Both the position numbers and the translations under genes were made by a program. This document shows positions 8,951 through 18,546 of a stretch of 64,000 nucleotides of DNA, one piece after another. A model generated the notes under the pieces. It saw nothing but the letters and a program-made list of their open reading frames with translations, had not been told where the DNA came from and did no database searches. Source of the DNA: an uncultured Acidobacteriota bacterium (GTDB lineage Bacteria > Acidobacteriota > Thermoanaerobaculia > Multivoradales > SZUA-115). The stretch spans positions 96,001 to 160,000 of the forward strand of contig CAWDVR010000004.1 in assembly GCA_963805975.1 (NCBI GenBank), written 5' to 3'. The stretch's first letter is position 1. Every line of letters begins with the position of its first letter.

Positions 8951-10939
8951 GTGGATATGAGCTCTTCGCGCCCTCGCTCCCATGACCTCGTTGCCGGGCT
9001 CCTGGCGCTCTGGGTCGCCCTGCTGGCACCCGGCCGGGCGGGCGCGGTCGGAGCGCCGGAGGCGCCGCGCGGCCTCGGCCCGGGGAACGATTCGTTCCAG
9101 GGCGGCGTCGAGGCGGACTTCGTCAACGGCCAGGCCGGCGACGACCTGGTCCTGGGCGGCGGCGGCAACGACCTGCTCTTCGGGGGCGCCGGGGCCGACC
9201 GGCTCTACGGCGGCTGGGGCCGGGACACTCTCTACGGCAACCTGAGCGCGGACACTCTCACCGGCGGCCCGGGCGCGGACCGGCTGGAGGGCGGGGCCGG
9301 CAACGACTCGTACCTCTATCGCCCGGGCGACGGCGACGACCTGGTGCTCGACCGGGCGGGCCAGAACCGCCTCTTTCTGGTCAACATCCGGCCGCACCAG
9401 GCGACGGTCGAGGCGGTGGGTGCGGACCTCCTGGTGCACGTGCGCGTGGGGGCGCCGGCAACCCTCACCGTGAAGGACGGCGCCCTCCCGTGCGCCGGCT
9501 GCGGGGTGGCGATCGAGTACGACCCGCGCCCCAACGTGGTGCTGATCCTGGCGGACGACCTGGGCTGGGGGGACCTCGGTGCCTACGGCCAGGCGCGGAT
9601 CGCGACCCCCGAGCTCGACCGGTTGGCCGCCCAGGGCCTACGCTTCACGCAGTTCTACGCCGGGGCGCCGCATTGCACGCCGTCGCGCAGCAGCCTGCTC
9701 ACCGGTCTCCACACCGGCCACACGCAGGTGCGCAACGAGGAACCGCTCTCCGCCGCGGACCCCACCGTGGCGGAGCTGCTGCGCCAGGCGGGCTACGCCA
9801 CCGGCGCCTTCGGCAAGTGGGGCCTGGCCGCCATCGATCCCGAGAGCGGTGCGGTCACCTCCTCGCCCACCGAGCTCGGCTTCGACGCCTTTGCCGGCTC
9901 GCTCACCAACCGCGACGCCCACGCCTACTACCTGGACAGCCCGGCCGCGCCTCCCGGCACGCCCGCGCACCCGTACGTGGCGGACATTCGGCAGCATCTC
10001 TACGAAACCCGCGGCGGAGCCCTCCGGCCTTTCTCCATCCCCGCCGACCGCTACGTCCACGACGAGGTCTTCGACCGCGCGCTCGCCTTTGTCGACGAGC
10101 ACCAGAGCGAGCCGTTCTTCCTCTACCTGCCGCTCACCCTGCCGCACGCCGAGCTGGCGCCGCCGCCCGAGGGCCTGGGCCCGTACGTCGACGCGCACGG
10201 GGCGAGCCTCTTTCCGGAGACCCCGTGGGCGCCGCCGCTCAATGGCCTGGGCTACCCGCGCGCGAACGCCCTGCCGCGCGCCACCTACGCGGCCATGGTC
10301 TCGCGCCTGTCGCGGGACGTGGGCCGCCTGGCCGACCGCCTGCGCGAGCTGGACCTGGCGGCGGACACGCTCGTCCTCTTCACCTCGGACAATGGCCCGC
10401 ACGATGCCGGCGGCATCGGTGGCCCGGCCTTTTTCTCGAGCGCCGGGCCGTTCTCCGGCATGAAGTGGCTGCTGCGCGAGGGGGGTGTGCGCGTGCCGCT
10501 CATCGCCTGGTGGCCGGGCACCATCGCGCCGGGATCGACGGCCGAGCCCGCCGCGGCCTGGGACCTGCTGCCGACGCTCGCCGAGCTGGCCGGGAAGCCG
10601 CTCACCCAGCCGACCGACGGGGTGTCGCTCTCGCCCGTGCTCCAGGCCGCCGGCACGCTGCCGGTGCGCCCGCTCTACTGGGAAAGCTGGAGCCCGCGCG
10701 GTGAGCACCGCCAGGCCGTGCGGCTCGGCCGCTACAAGATGCTACGCCGCCGCAGCGGCGGCCAGGTGGAACTCTACGACCTGGCCGCCGACCCCGGCGA
10801 GACCCACGACCTGGCGGGAGCACCGGCCCATTGTCCGCTGCTCCGCGACCTGGCCGCGGTGTTGAACGCCTCGCATCGACCCCCACCCGGCGACCCGCCC
10901 ACGTACCGGATCGCGAAGCTCGCGATCCACTGCCCGTAG
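8951..10939 (+). CDS. Secreted arylsulfatase with N-terminal RTX-type Ca-binding repeats (start 8951 or 8957)
   Basis: Signal-like N-terminus; tandem GGxGxDxL nonapeptides; PNVVLILADDLGWGD, CTPSRSSLLTG (formylglycine motif), GKWGL, SDNG, EGGVRVP. Confidence 0.9.
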   Translation: MDMSSSRPRSHDLVAGLLALWVALLAPGRAGAVGAPEAPRGLGPGNDSFQGGVEADFVNGQAGDDLVLGGGGNDLLFGGAGADRLYGGWGRDTLYGNLSADTLTGGPGADRLEGGAGNDSYLYRPGDGDDLVLDRAGQNRLFLVNIRPHQATVEAVGADLLVHVRVGAPATLTVKDGALPCAGCGVAIEYDPRPNVVLILADDLGWGDLGAYGQARIATPELDRLAAQGLRFTQFYAGAPHCTPSRSSLLTGLHTGHTQVRNEEPLSAADPTVAELLRQAGYATGAFGKWGLAAIDPESGAVTSSPTELGFDAFAGSLTNRDAHAYYLDSPAAPPGTPAHPYVADIRQHLYETRGGALRPFSIPADRYVHDEVFDRALAFVDEHQSEPFFLYLPLTLPHAELAPPPEGLGPYVDAHGASLFPETPWAPPLNGLGYPRANALPRATYAAMVSRLSRDVGRLADRLRELDLAADTLVLFTSDNGPHDAGGIGGPAFFSSAGPFSGMKWLLREGGVRVPLIAWWPGTIAPGSTAEPAAAWDLLPTLAELAGKPLTQPTDGVSLSPVLQAAGTLPVRPLYWESWSPRGEHRQAVRLGRYKMLRRRSGGQVELYDLAADPGETHDLAGAPAHCPLLRDLAAVLNASHRPPPGDPPTYRIAKLAIHCP

Positions 10940-10988
10940 GCGCTCCACTTCCGCAAGCGGGCCGCCACCGTACTTCGGCGGGAAGGGC

Positions 10989-11291
10989 TCAGTCGAGATC
11001 GAAGGGTTTGAACGGTGGGCTGGTGTCCGGCTCTTCCTCGGCACGCTTCATGGCCTCGCGGAACCGCTCGTCGAGGATGCGGTCGCGGTCCTTCATCGCC
11101 GCCACCTCGCGGGTGAAGACGTCCTCGACCCGGGCCTTGTCCTGATCCAGACCACGCAGAAGCGCGTCGAAGTCCTTGCCGCCGGCTGGCGGCTGCTTGG
11201 CCTTCTTGTGGAAGAGCACCTGACCGGTGGCGGTGTCGACCGTCAGGTCGGCACCACAGTCCGGGCAGCGGAGCGAGACCTTGGCAGCCAC
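10989..11291 (-). CDS. Small conserved-looking hypothetical protein with N-terminal CxxC zinc-ribbon half and charged helical C-terminus
   Basis: GTG 11291, CPDCG motif, -10 box TACAAT 6 nt upstream. Confidence 0.7.
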   Translation of the reverse strand: MAAKVSLRCPDCGADLTVDTATGQVLFHKKAKQPPAGGKDFDALLRGLDQDKARVEDVFTREVAAMKDRDRILDERFREAMKRAEEEPDTSPPFKPFDLD

Positions 11292-11353
11292 GGGGGGATT
11301 GTAGCTCGCCGGGCGCAGGCCGCGACCGCCAGAGGTTGATCTGGCGTGCCGGG

Positions 11354-11427
11354 TGGATTCCCGCTTCCGCGGGACTGACACACACGAGCAGCCAACTTCC
11401 CGTCATTCCCGCGGAAGCGGGAACCCA
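11354..11427. repeat. Inverted pair of REP-like palindromes (GTCATTCCCGCGNAAGCGGGAA family)
   Basis: Arms 11354-11379 and 11402-11427 are near reverse complements, each internally palindromic; same family at 14336. Confidence 0.8.
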
Positions 11428-11449
11428 TCGGCTGGTAGAATTCGCCGTC

Positions 11450-12016
11450 ATGACGACGACCCTTCCCAGCCGCGACGAGGCCTGGGCCCTTCTCTGCGAA
11501 TACACCGCCAAAGAGGGTCTGCGCAAGCACGCCCTCTCAGTCGAGATCGCGATGCGCGCCTATGCCACCAGGCTGGGCGGCGATCCGGAGCTCTGGGGTC
11601 AGACCGGCCTGCTCCACGATTTCGACTACGAGCGCTGGCCCGACGAGGAGAACCACCCCTACCGCGGGGTCGAGATCCTGCGCGAGAAGGGCTATCCGGA
11701 AGAGATGCTGACGGCGATCCTCGGCCACGCTCCCTACACCGGCGTGGCGCGGGAGAGCCCGCTCGCCAAGGCGCTCTTCGCCTGCGACGAGCTCGCCGGC
11801 TTCATCGTCGCCGTGGCCCTCATCAAGCCCAGCAAGTCGCTCGCCGACGTCGATCTGCGGAGCGTCACCAAGCGGCTCAAGGAGAAGGCGTTCGCCCGCG
11901 GCGTGAGCCGCGAGGACGTCTACGCCGGCGCCCAGGAGCTCGGTCTGCCGTTCGAGGAGCACGCGGCCAACGTGCTCGCCGCGCTTCAGGCCGAGTCCGC
12001 GGCGCTCGGGCTGTAG
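11450..12016 (+). CDS. HD/HDIG domain phosphohydrolase
   Basis: LRKHALSVE, GLLHDFDYE, HPYRG, LFACDEL, FARGVSRE. Confidence 0.88.
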   Translation: MTTTLPSRDEAWALLCEYTAKEGLRKHALSVEIAMRAYATRLGGDPELWGQTGLLHDFDYERWPDEENHPYRGVEILREKGYPEEMLTAILGHAPYTGVARESPLAKALFACDELAGFIVAVALIKPSKSLADVDLRSVTKRLKEKAFARGVSREDVYAGAQELGLPFEEHAANVLAALQAESAALGL

Positions 12017-14292
12017 GAGCCTCGCGGTGGCGGGATCCACCACGCCGCGCCGGCAGCGAGCGCCAGCGCCGACAGGACCAGACCGAGCACGAAGGCCAGG
12101 GGCCGATAGATCAGCTCGAGCCGCTCGGCTCCGGCCGGCACCCGGGCCGCGATGAACGGCCCGTCCGTCTCCACCTGAGCCCGCCGCCGGCCGTCGACCA
12201 GCACCCGCCACCCGCCGTCCTGGTAGACACTGGTGAGGAGACGTCCGCCTTCGCTCGCCGGCGCCAGGGCGCCCGAGATCCGTGCCGCTTCCCAGCGCGT
12301 CAACGACAAGTCGGCGGTGGGCGTGCCGTCCGCCGTGGCGAGGTAGGCGATCGGCAGGGCGCGGGGCCGCTCCCAGAGATTGCCCGCGAGGTCGGCCAGG
12401 ATCGTGGTCAGGGGCGGCGGGGCCGCCTTGCCCGGCGCGGCGACCACGTAGCGGACTCCCAGGCGGTCGTAGAGCGGGTGGTCGAAGGCCGCCACCAGCG
12501 GCACCTCCCCGGACCAGCCGGCGAGCACCGGCGCCAGGAAACGGAGATATGCCGCCGGCGCGAACGGGCTGTAGACCCGGGCGTCGGCCAGGCCGTAGAC
12601 CGCCCCGAGGTTGGGCGTGAAGGCCAGGCCGTCGCCCGCGAAACGGCCGGTGCCGAGCCTCGCCGCCAGGAGCTCGATCGGCGGCGTCTCGGGAAAGTCG
12701 AGCCGCCGGGGAGCGGGCGGGTGGGCCGGGCGGGCGAGCAGCAGCAGCTCCGCCGCCACCAGCACGGAGAGTGCGTACGGCGCGAGCGGCGCGAGGCGCC
12801 GCCAGCCCAGGAACACCGCCGCCACCGCCAGGAAGCGGAGCTGCCAGTGGAGCCAGCCCGTGCGCAACGGCGCGAGCGCCTCCGGGTCCTGCGGATGGGG
12901 ATGGCCGAGGTAGGCCCAGGCGATGAGCGCGGCGAGCCCCACGGCCACGGCGGCGAGCACGACCGCGTCCCGTGCTCCCGGACGCCGCTCCGAGGCGGCC
13001 CGGCGGTCGAGCTCGCAGGCCGCGAGATAGACCAGGCAGAAGCCGAGCGGCAGCAGCAGGCGGTGGTGGTAGCCGGAGGCGCTGCCGCCCGGCAGGAGGG
13101 CCATGAGATCCACCACGCCCGGCGCCTGCGCCACTACGGCGAGCGCCACCGCGGCCGAGGCGAGGAAGGCGATCTCCTGGGGCCGCCGGCGCGCCGGGAG
13201 CAGGGCGCAGAGCGCCAGCAGCAGGGTGGCGGTGCCGGCGAAGCCGGAAGCGTCCTCGTTGACGTTGGCCGGGCCCCAGTAGGCGTTGTAGCGGTCGTTG
13301 CCGAAGACGTTGGGTGCCGCGAGCGGCAACAGGCGGAGCTCGGCCCGCTCGAGCGCCGAGCCGGCCACGGGCGGGGCCGGCGGCCCGGCCAGCCGCTCGG
13401 CGCGGAGCGTCTGCGGCAGGTAGGCCGCCGTCGGCAGGAGGGCCGGTGCCGCCAGGCCCGCCGCCAGGGCCAGGCTGCCCGCCGCCAGCGCGAGCGCCGG
13501 CCGCGCCGCCTTGCCGCCGGTTCGCAAGCGCGCCAGGAAGAAGACCGTCGCGAGAGCCAGGCTGTAGAGGATGGCCTCCAGGTGTCCGGCGAGGAGCAGC
13601 CCCGCGAGGCTCACGGCGAGCAGCAGGCTGTCGCGCCGGCCGCCAATGTCCATCACCCGGCAGAGGCCGTAGAGCACCGCCGGCAGCCAGGCGGCGGCGG
13701 TCGAGAGCGGCCAGCCCAGCCAGAAGAGGAGGAAGCTGCCCAGCCCCCACGCCAGAGCGCCGAACAGGGAGGCGCCCCGCCCCAGGCCCTGGCGGGAGAG
13801 AAAGAGGAAGGTGAAGACCAGCGCGAAGAGCACCTTGAGCGCCGCCGTCACCGCCGCCCCCTTGCCCACCGGGAAGGGCAGGGCGGCGAGCGCCAGCGGT
13901 TGCAGGGCGAGGGCCTGGGGATCGGCCAGGAGAGGCATGCCGGTCCCGGTTCGCGGAGACCAGAGCGGCCAGGTGCCGGCCGTCACGGCGCGCCGCACCT
14001 CCACTCCCGCCGGCGCCACGAGCTGCAGGAGGTCGCCCTCGAGCGGGTTGCCGTGCGGCTCGGTGGGCGTGAGAGCGCGGAACGGCGCTTCGCCGCGCAG
14101 GTTGTCGAGCGGCAGGAGGAGCGCGCCACCGAACAGGAAAGGGCCGAAGAGGATCGCCAGCACGACACCGAAAGCCGCGAGCTCGCGGGCTCCCGGCCGA
14201 TCGTAGAAACGGTGGAGAATCAGGACCAGGGCCGTGCCCAGCGCCAGAAACCACAGGCCGGGCAGGAGGTCCACCGCGCTCCAGGCTGACAC
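11986..14292 (-). CDS. YfhO-like polytopic membrane protein (probable GT-C glycosyltransferase)
   Basis: PLWSPRTGTGMPLLAD motif, many TM segments, C-terminal YQDGGWRVLVDG..VPAG..LIYRP then a final TM. Confidence 0.75.
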   Translation of the reverse strand: MSAWSAVDLLPGLWFLALGTALVLILHRFYDRPGARELAAFGVVLAILFGPFLFGGALLLPLDNLRGEAPFRALTPTEPHGNPLEGDLLQLVAPAGVEVRRAVTAGTWPLWSPRTGTGMPLLADPQALALQPLALAALPFPVGKGAAVTAALKVLFALVFTFLFLSRQGLGRGASLFGALAWGLGSFLLFWLGWPLSTAAAWLPAVLYGLCRVMDIGGRRDSLLLAVSLAGLLLAGHLEAILYSLALATVFFLARLRTGGKAARPALALAAGSLALAAGLAAPALLPTAAYLPQTLRAERLAGPPAPPVAGSALERAELRLLPLAAPNVFGNDRYNAYWGPANVNEDASGFAGTATLLLALCALLPARRRPQEIAFLASAAVALAVVAQAPGVVDLMALLPGGSASGYHHRLLLPLGFCLVYLAACELDRRAASERRPGARDAVVLAAVAVGLAALIAWAYLGHPHPQDPEALAPLRTGWLHWQLRFLAVAAVFLGWRRLAPLAPYALSVLVAAELLLLARPAHPPAPRRLDFPETPPIELLAARLGTGRFAGDGLAFTPNLGAVYGLADARVYSPFAPAAYLRFLAPVLAGWSGEVPLVAAFDHPLYDRLGVRYVVAAPGKAAPPPLTTILADLAGNLWERPRALPIAYLATADGTPTADLSLTRWEAARISGALAPASEGGRLLTSVYQDGGWRVLVDGRRRAQVETDGPFIAARVPAGAERLELIYRPLAFVLGLVLSALALAAGAAWWIPPPRGSYSPSAADSA

Positions 14293-14335
14293 CGTGGAAG
14301 TGTAGCAGCAGCATAGCGGTCACTCTGCGAAGGCA

Positions 14336-14454
14336 GCCGGATGGATTCCCGCTTGCGCGGGAATGACGATCGGGGAGCGGTCACGCGGGCCCCTCGATCG
14401 TGATCCAACAGGCGAACTGGATGTCATTCCCGCGCAAGCGGGAATCCATCCGGC
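14336..14454. repeat. Inverted pair of REP-like palindromes (same family as 11354)
   Basis: 32-bp perfect inverted repeat 14336-14367 / 14423-14454. Confidence 0.85.
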
Positions 14455-14554
14455 CGCGCAGCGCGCCAAATTTCCCCTGGTTTGCACGGCAGTTAGCCTG
14501 ACCCCGTACCAGTAGCCGTGCGATCGGGGCCCGGTTCGATATCCTTGGCCCTCC

Positions 14555-15358
14555 ATGCTGGAAACTTTCCGCCGGGTCCTGCGCTACAGGAGCCTCCTTG
14601 CCACGCTCACGTTGCGCGAGCTCAAGGCGCGCTACCGTGGCTCGGCGCTCGGCTTCTTCTGGTCCCTGATCAACCCGCTGCTGCTCCTCGCCGTCTACAG
14701 CTTCGTCTTCGGGGTCGCCTTCCGGCCCGCCCACCGCGCGGGTACCGAGCCCTACGCCCTGTTCCTCGTCACCGGCCTCTTTCCCTGGATCTGGGTCGCC
14801 TCGTCGTGGAACGAGTCCGCGGTGTCGCTCGCGGCCAATGCCGGGCTGATCAAGAAAGCGGTCTTCCCGGCCGAGCTCCTGCCCCTGGTCTCGGTGCTCG
14901 CCAACGGCGCCCACTTCCTGCTCGCGCTGCCCATCCTGGGCGCGGCGCTCGTCGCCGGCCATGCCCTGGGCTACCCGGTGGGAGGCTGGGCGGCGCTCCT
15001 GCTGCCGCTGGTGGTGGGGCTCGAGCTGGTGCTCGTGGCCGGCGGCGCGCTGGCCTTCTCCGCCTTGAACGCCCATTTCAAGGACGTCAAGGACATCCTC
15101 GCCAACGTCCTCACCCTGCTCTTCTTCCTGACGCCGGTGCTCTACCCGCTGGAGGCCATCCCGTACCCGGCGCTGCGCCGCCTGGTGGCGGCCAACCCGG
15201 TGACGCCCTTCACGCTCTCCTACCAGCAGGCGCTCTTCGCGGGTGAAGTGCCGGAGCCCGGGCTGTGGCTCGCCATGGCGGGATGGGCGCTCGCCGCCTG
15301 GCTGGCCGGCAGCTTCCTCTTCGCCCGCCTGCGCGAGACGCTGGTGGAGGCCGTATGA
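14555..15358 (+). CDS. wzm: ABC-2 polysaccharide export permease (Wzm/RfbA-like)
   Basis: ELKARYRGSALGFFWSLINP, LIKKAVFP, FLTPVLYP, ANPVT. Confidence 0.9.
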   Translation: MLETFRRVLRYRSLLATLTLRELKARYRGSALGFFWSLINPLLLLAVYSFVFGVAFRPAHRAGTEPYALFLVTGLFPWIWVASSWNESAVSLAANAGLIKKAVFPAELLPLVSVLANGAHFLLALPILGAALVAGHALGYPVGGWAALLLPLVVGLELVLVAGGALAFSALNAHFKDVKDILANVLTLLFFLTPVLYPLEAIPYPALRRLVAANPVTPFTLSYQQALFAGEVPEPGLWLAMAGWALAAWLAGSFLFARLRETLVEAV

Positions 15359-15368
15359 AGGAGACTCG

Positions 15369-16631
15369 GTGAGCGAGGCGATCCGCGTCGAGGCGGTCTC
15401 CAAGCTCTTCCGGCGCGCCGCTCCGGGGGACCAGCTCCGCACCTTGAAGAGCGCGCTCCTCGAAGGCACGCTCACCCGCGGCCTGGCGCGCGAGGACGCG
15501 ATCGTGGCGCTCGACGACGTCTCCTTCACCGTCGGCCGCGGCGAGGCCTTCGGCATGATCGGCAGCAACGGCTCGGGCAAGTCCACCCTGCTCAAGGTGG
15601 TGGCCGGCATCCTCAAGCCGACCTCCGGCCGGGTGGTGGTCGACGGCACCGTGGCGGCGCTGATCGAGCTCGGCGCCGGCTTCCACCCCGAGATCTCGGG
15701 CCGCGAGAACGTCTACATCAACGGTGCCGTGCTCGGCCTCTCGCGGCGCGAGATCGACCGCCGCTTCGACCGCATCGTCGAGTTCTCGGGCCTGGCGGAC
15801 TTCATCGACGAGCCGGTCAAGAACTACTCCTCGGGGATGTACGTGCGGCTGGGCTTCGCGGTCGCCGTCCACACCGACCCGGACGTGCTGCTGGTCGACG
15901 AGGTGCTGGCGGTGGGCGACGAGGCCTTCGCCCACCGCTGTCTCGCCAAGGTCGAGGAGCTGGTGGCCTCCGGCCGCACCCTGCTCCTGGTGTCGCACTC
16001 GCTGGCCATGGTCGAGGAGCACTGCGACCGCGTGCTGTGGCTCGACCACGGCCGCTTCCGTGAGCTGGGCGAGCCCCGGCGGGTGATCGACGCCTATCGG
16101 CAGGCAGTGGCCGAGGCCGAGGGCGAGGTCCACCGGGCGGAGAAGGACCGCGCCGACTCGGGCGGCGGCGAAGGCTCCGCCGAGCGCTGGGGCTCGGGGG
16201 CGGCGACGCTCGAGGGCGTGCGCCTGCTGGTGGCCGGCGAGGAGCGCTACCATCTGGCGTCGGGCGAGCCGGTGACCTTCGAGCTCACCGTCCGGGCGGC
16301 CGAGCCGCTCGCCGACTTCGTGTTCGGTGTCGCGGTGACGACGCCGCGCGGCATTGATTGCTGGGGCACCAACACCGACCTCGCCGGTTGGGTGCCGGAG
16401 CGGCTGGCCGGGGAGGCGGTGGTTTCCCTCTCCTGCCCGGCGCTGCGCCTGGGGCCCGGCGAGTACCTGGTGGATGCCGCCGTGCACGCCCGGGACGGCG
16501 CGCCCTACGATTACCGGAAGGGCGTGCTGCGCTTCACCGTCACGGCGCGCGACCGCGGGGTGGGCGTCTACTTCCCCGAGCACCGCTGGCAGGGGGCCGG
16601 CGGGCTGAGCTTTCGGCATGGAGTAGAGTAA
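15369..16631 (+). CDS. wzt: ABC polysaccharide export ATPase with C-terminal Wzt carbohydrate-binding domain
   Basis: GSNGSGKST Walker A, YSSGMYVRLGF signature, DEVLAVGD; RWGSG..PGEYLVD C-domain; GTG 15369. Confidence 0.9.
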   Translation: MSEAIRVEAVSKLFRRAAPGDQLRTLKSALLEGTLTRGLAREDAIVALDDVSFTVGRGEAFGMIGSNGSGKSTLLKVVAGILKPTSGRVVVDGTVAALIELGAGFHPEISGRENVYINGAVLGLSRREIDRRFDRIVEFSGLADFIDEPVKNYSSGMYVRLGFAVAVHTDPDVLLVDEVLAVGDEAFAHRCLAKVEELVASGRTLLLVSHSLAMVEEHCDRVLWLDHGRFRELGEPRRVIDAYRQAVAEAEGEVHRAEKDRADSGGGEGSAERWGSGAATLEGVRLLVAGEERYHLASGEPVTFELTVRAAEPLADFVFGVAVTTPRGIDCWGTNTDLAGWVPERLAGEAVVSLSCPALRLGPGEYLVDAAVHARDGAPYDYRKGVLRFTVTARDRGVGVYFPEHRWQGAGGLSFRHGVE

Positions 16632-16706
16632 CGCTCGCTCACCCGCGGAAAGTATCTCCACCCTGGCCCGTTCGATAGCGTGGCCGGAACCTGGACCGGA
16701 TGGAGG

Positions 16707-17381
16707 ATGCCGTTGGCCCGATCCACGCGCCAGGGGTCCATCGTCTCGCTGGCGCTTTTCCTGGGGGCCTTTGTCCTCGGGGCGTTGGGCTTGGCCGTGT
16801 CCGGCTGCCGCCAGGGCCTGTCGCCGCAGCTCGCGGCGAGCGCCCGGGTGTGGTTCGAGGGGCCGGCGCGCTGGTTGATGCTGCCCGAGGAGGAGCGCGA
16901 GGCGCGCGGGCTCTCCGACAACCGCCAGGCGCTGGACTTCATCGAGCGCTTCTGGCGCTCGCGCGACCCCACGCCGGAAGACCCGGAGAACCCGGTGCGC
17001 ACCGCTTTCTTCGAACGCGCGATCGCCGCCGACCGGGTGTACGGCGAGGGCAACCGGCGCGGCAGCCTGACCGACCGCGGGCGGGTGCTGATCCTCTTCG
17101 GCTCGCCCTCGACGCTGCGCTACCGGCAGGAAGCGGTGCCGGCGCTGGCACCCGACCGGGAGCGCCGGACGACCGAGGCCGTCACTCGCTGGATGGCGGA
17201 GGAGACCTGGGTGTTCGAGCCCGAGAGCCTGCCGCTCGGCTTCTCGGAGCTCCTGCCCGAGGACGAGCGCAGCCGGGAGATCGAATTCGTCTTCGGCACC
17301 TCCGACCAGCACACCTATCTGATGGCGGGCGAGCGCTACTGCGAGCTGGCGCGGCGGGCGGCGGTGCGCCCCGTGGAGTGA
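16707..17381 (+). CDS. GWxTD domain lipoprotein
   Basis: Lipobox AVSGC; FIERFWRSRDPTP..N..F.ER...AD; GSLTDRGRVLILFGSP. Confidence 0.8.
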   Translation: MPLARSTRQGSIVSLALFLGAFVLGALGLAVSGCRQGLSPQLAASARVWFEGPARWLMLPEEEREARGLSDNRQALDFIERFWRSRDPTPEDPENPVRTAFFERAIAADRVYGEGNRRGSLTDRGRVLILFGSPSTLRYRQEAVPALAPDRERRTTEAVTRWMAEETWVFEPESLPLGFSELLPEDERSREIEFVFGTSDQHTYLMAGERYCELARRAAVRPVE

Positions 17382-17785
17382 CCCTTGGCGAGCGCCAGCA
17401 TCCGCTTGCGGATCTCCGGCGGCACCGGCATCGCGGAGAGGCGCGAGATGCGCAGCAGGTCGAAGCCGGCGAAGGCGGGGTCGGCCTTCATCTGCGCCAG
17501 GGTCACCGGCTGCGCGAGCTTCTCCGTCGGCGCGATGTCGAAGACCACCCGCTTCGGATCGCCCGCCTCGAGGTCCGGATAGGGGTCGGAGGTCACCACG
17601 GCGAGCCCGACCGCCGCGCGCTCGTCGCCGGTGTGGTAGACGAAGGCGCGGTCGCCCTTCTTCACCTTGCGCATGTGGATCAGGGCGGTGTTGTTGGCGA
17701 CGCCGTCCCAGCGCGTGCCGCCGTCCCGGACGAGATCGTCCCACGAATAGTCCGAAGGCTCGGTCTTGAGCAGCCAGGTCTTCAT
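17336..17785 (-). CDS. EVE domain protein
   Basis: WLLKTEPSDYSW, WDGVAN, GDRAFVYHTG, SRLSAMPV. Confidence 0.92.
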   Translation of the reverse strand: MKTWLLKTEPSDYSWDDLVRDGGTRWDGVANNTALIHMRKVKKGDRAFVYHTGDERAAVGLAVVTSDPYPDLEAGDPKRVVFDIAPTEKLAQPVTLAQMKADPAFAGFDLLRISRLSAMPVPPEIRKRMLALAKGHSTGRTAARRASSQ

Positions 17786-17826
17786 GGCGCCATCCTATCT
17801 TCGAGGCTTGCGCTACGATTCGCGCC

Positions 17827-18540
17827 ATGCCGACAGCGCGCCGCATCCTCCTGGTCAGCAACTCGACCTGCCACGGGCAGGGCTACCTCGATCACTGCGA
17901 GCCGCAGGTCCGCGCCCTCCTCGCCGGCCTCTCGCGGGTGCTCTTCGTGCCCTATGCGCTCTATGACCACGACGCCTACGCCGAGAAGGTTCGCGAGCGC
18001 CTGGGGAGAATGGGCCTCGGCTGCGACTCGATCCACGAGGCACCCGACCCGCGGCGTGCGGTGGCCGAGGCCGAGGCGGTGTTCATCGGTGGCGGCAACA
18101 CCTTCCGCCTGCTGGCGCGGCTCTACGAGCACGAGCTCGTGACGGCGATCCGCGGCCGGGTGAGCGCCGGCATGCCGTACCTGGGGAGCAGCGCCGGCTC
18201 GAACGTCGCCTGCGTCTCGATCAGGACCACCAACGACATGCCGATCGTCGAGCCGCCGTCGTTCGCGGCGCTCGGCCTGGTGCCCTTCAACCTGAACCCG
18301 CACTACCTCGACCCCGACCCCGCCTCCCGGCACATGGGGGAGACCCGCGAGGAGCGCCTCGCCCAGTTCCACGAAGAGAACGACCCACCCGTGATCGGCC
18401 TGCGCGAGGGGGCGATGCTGGTGATCGAAGGCGAGCGCATGACCCTCGAGGGCGAGACCGGAGCGCGCCTTTTCCTCAAGGGAGAGCCGGCGCGGGAGCA
18501 CACGCGGGGCGCGAAGCTCGACTGGCTGCTGTCCGGCTGA
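17827..18540 (+). CDS. pepE: Dipeptidase E (peptidase S51)
   Basis: GGGNTFRLL, GSSAGSN nucleophile, TTNDMPIV, NPHY, HMGETREERL. Confidence 0.93.
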   Translation: MPTARRILLVSNSTCHGQGYLDHCEPQVRALLAGLSRVLFVPYALYDHDAYAEKVRERLGRMGLGCDSIHEAPDPRRAVAEAEAVFIGGGNTFRLLARLYEHELVTAIRGRVSAGMPYLGSSAGSNVACVSIRTTNDMPIVEPPSFAALGLVPFNLNPHYLDPDPASRHMGETREERLAQFHEENDPPVIGLREGAMLVIEGERMTLEGETGARLFLKGEPAREHTRGAKLDWLLSG

Positions 18541-18546
18541 GGCGCA

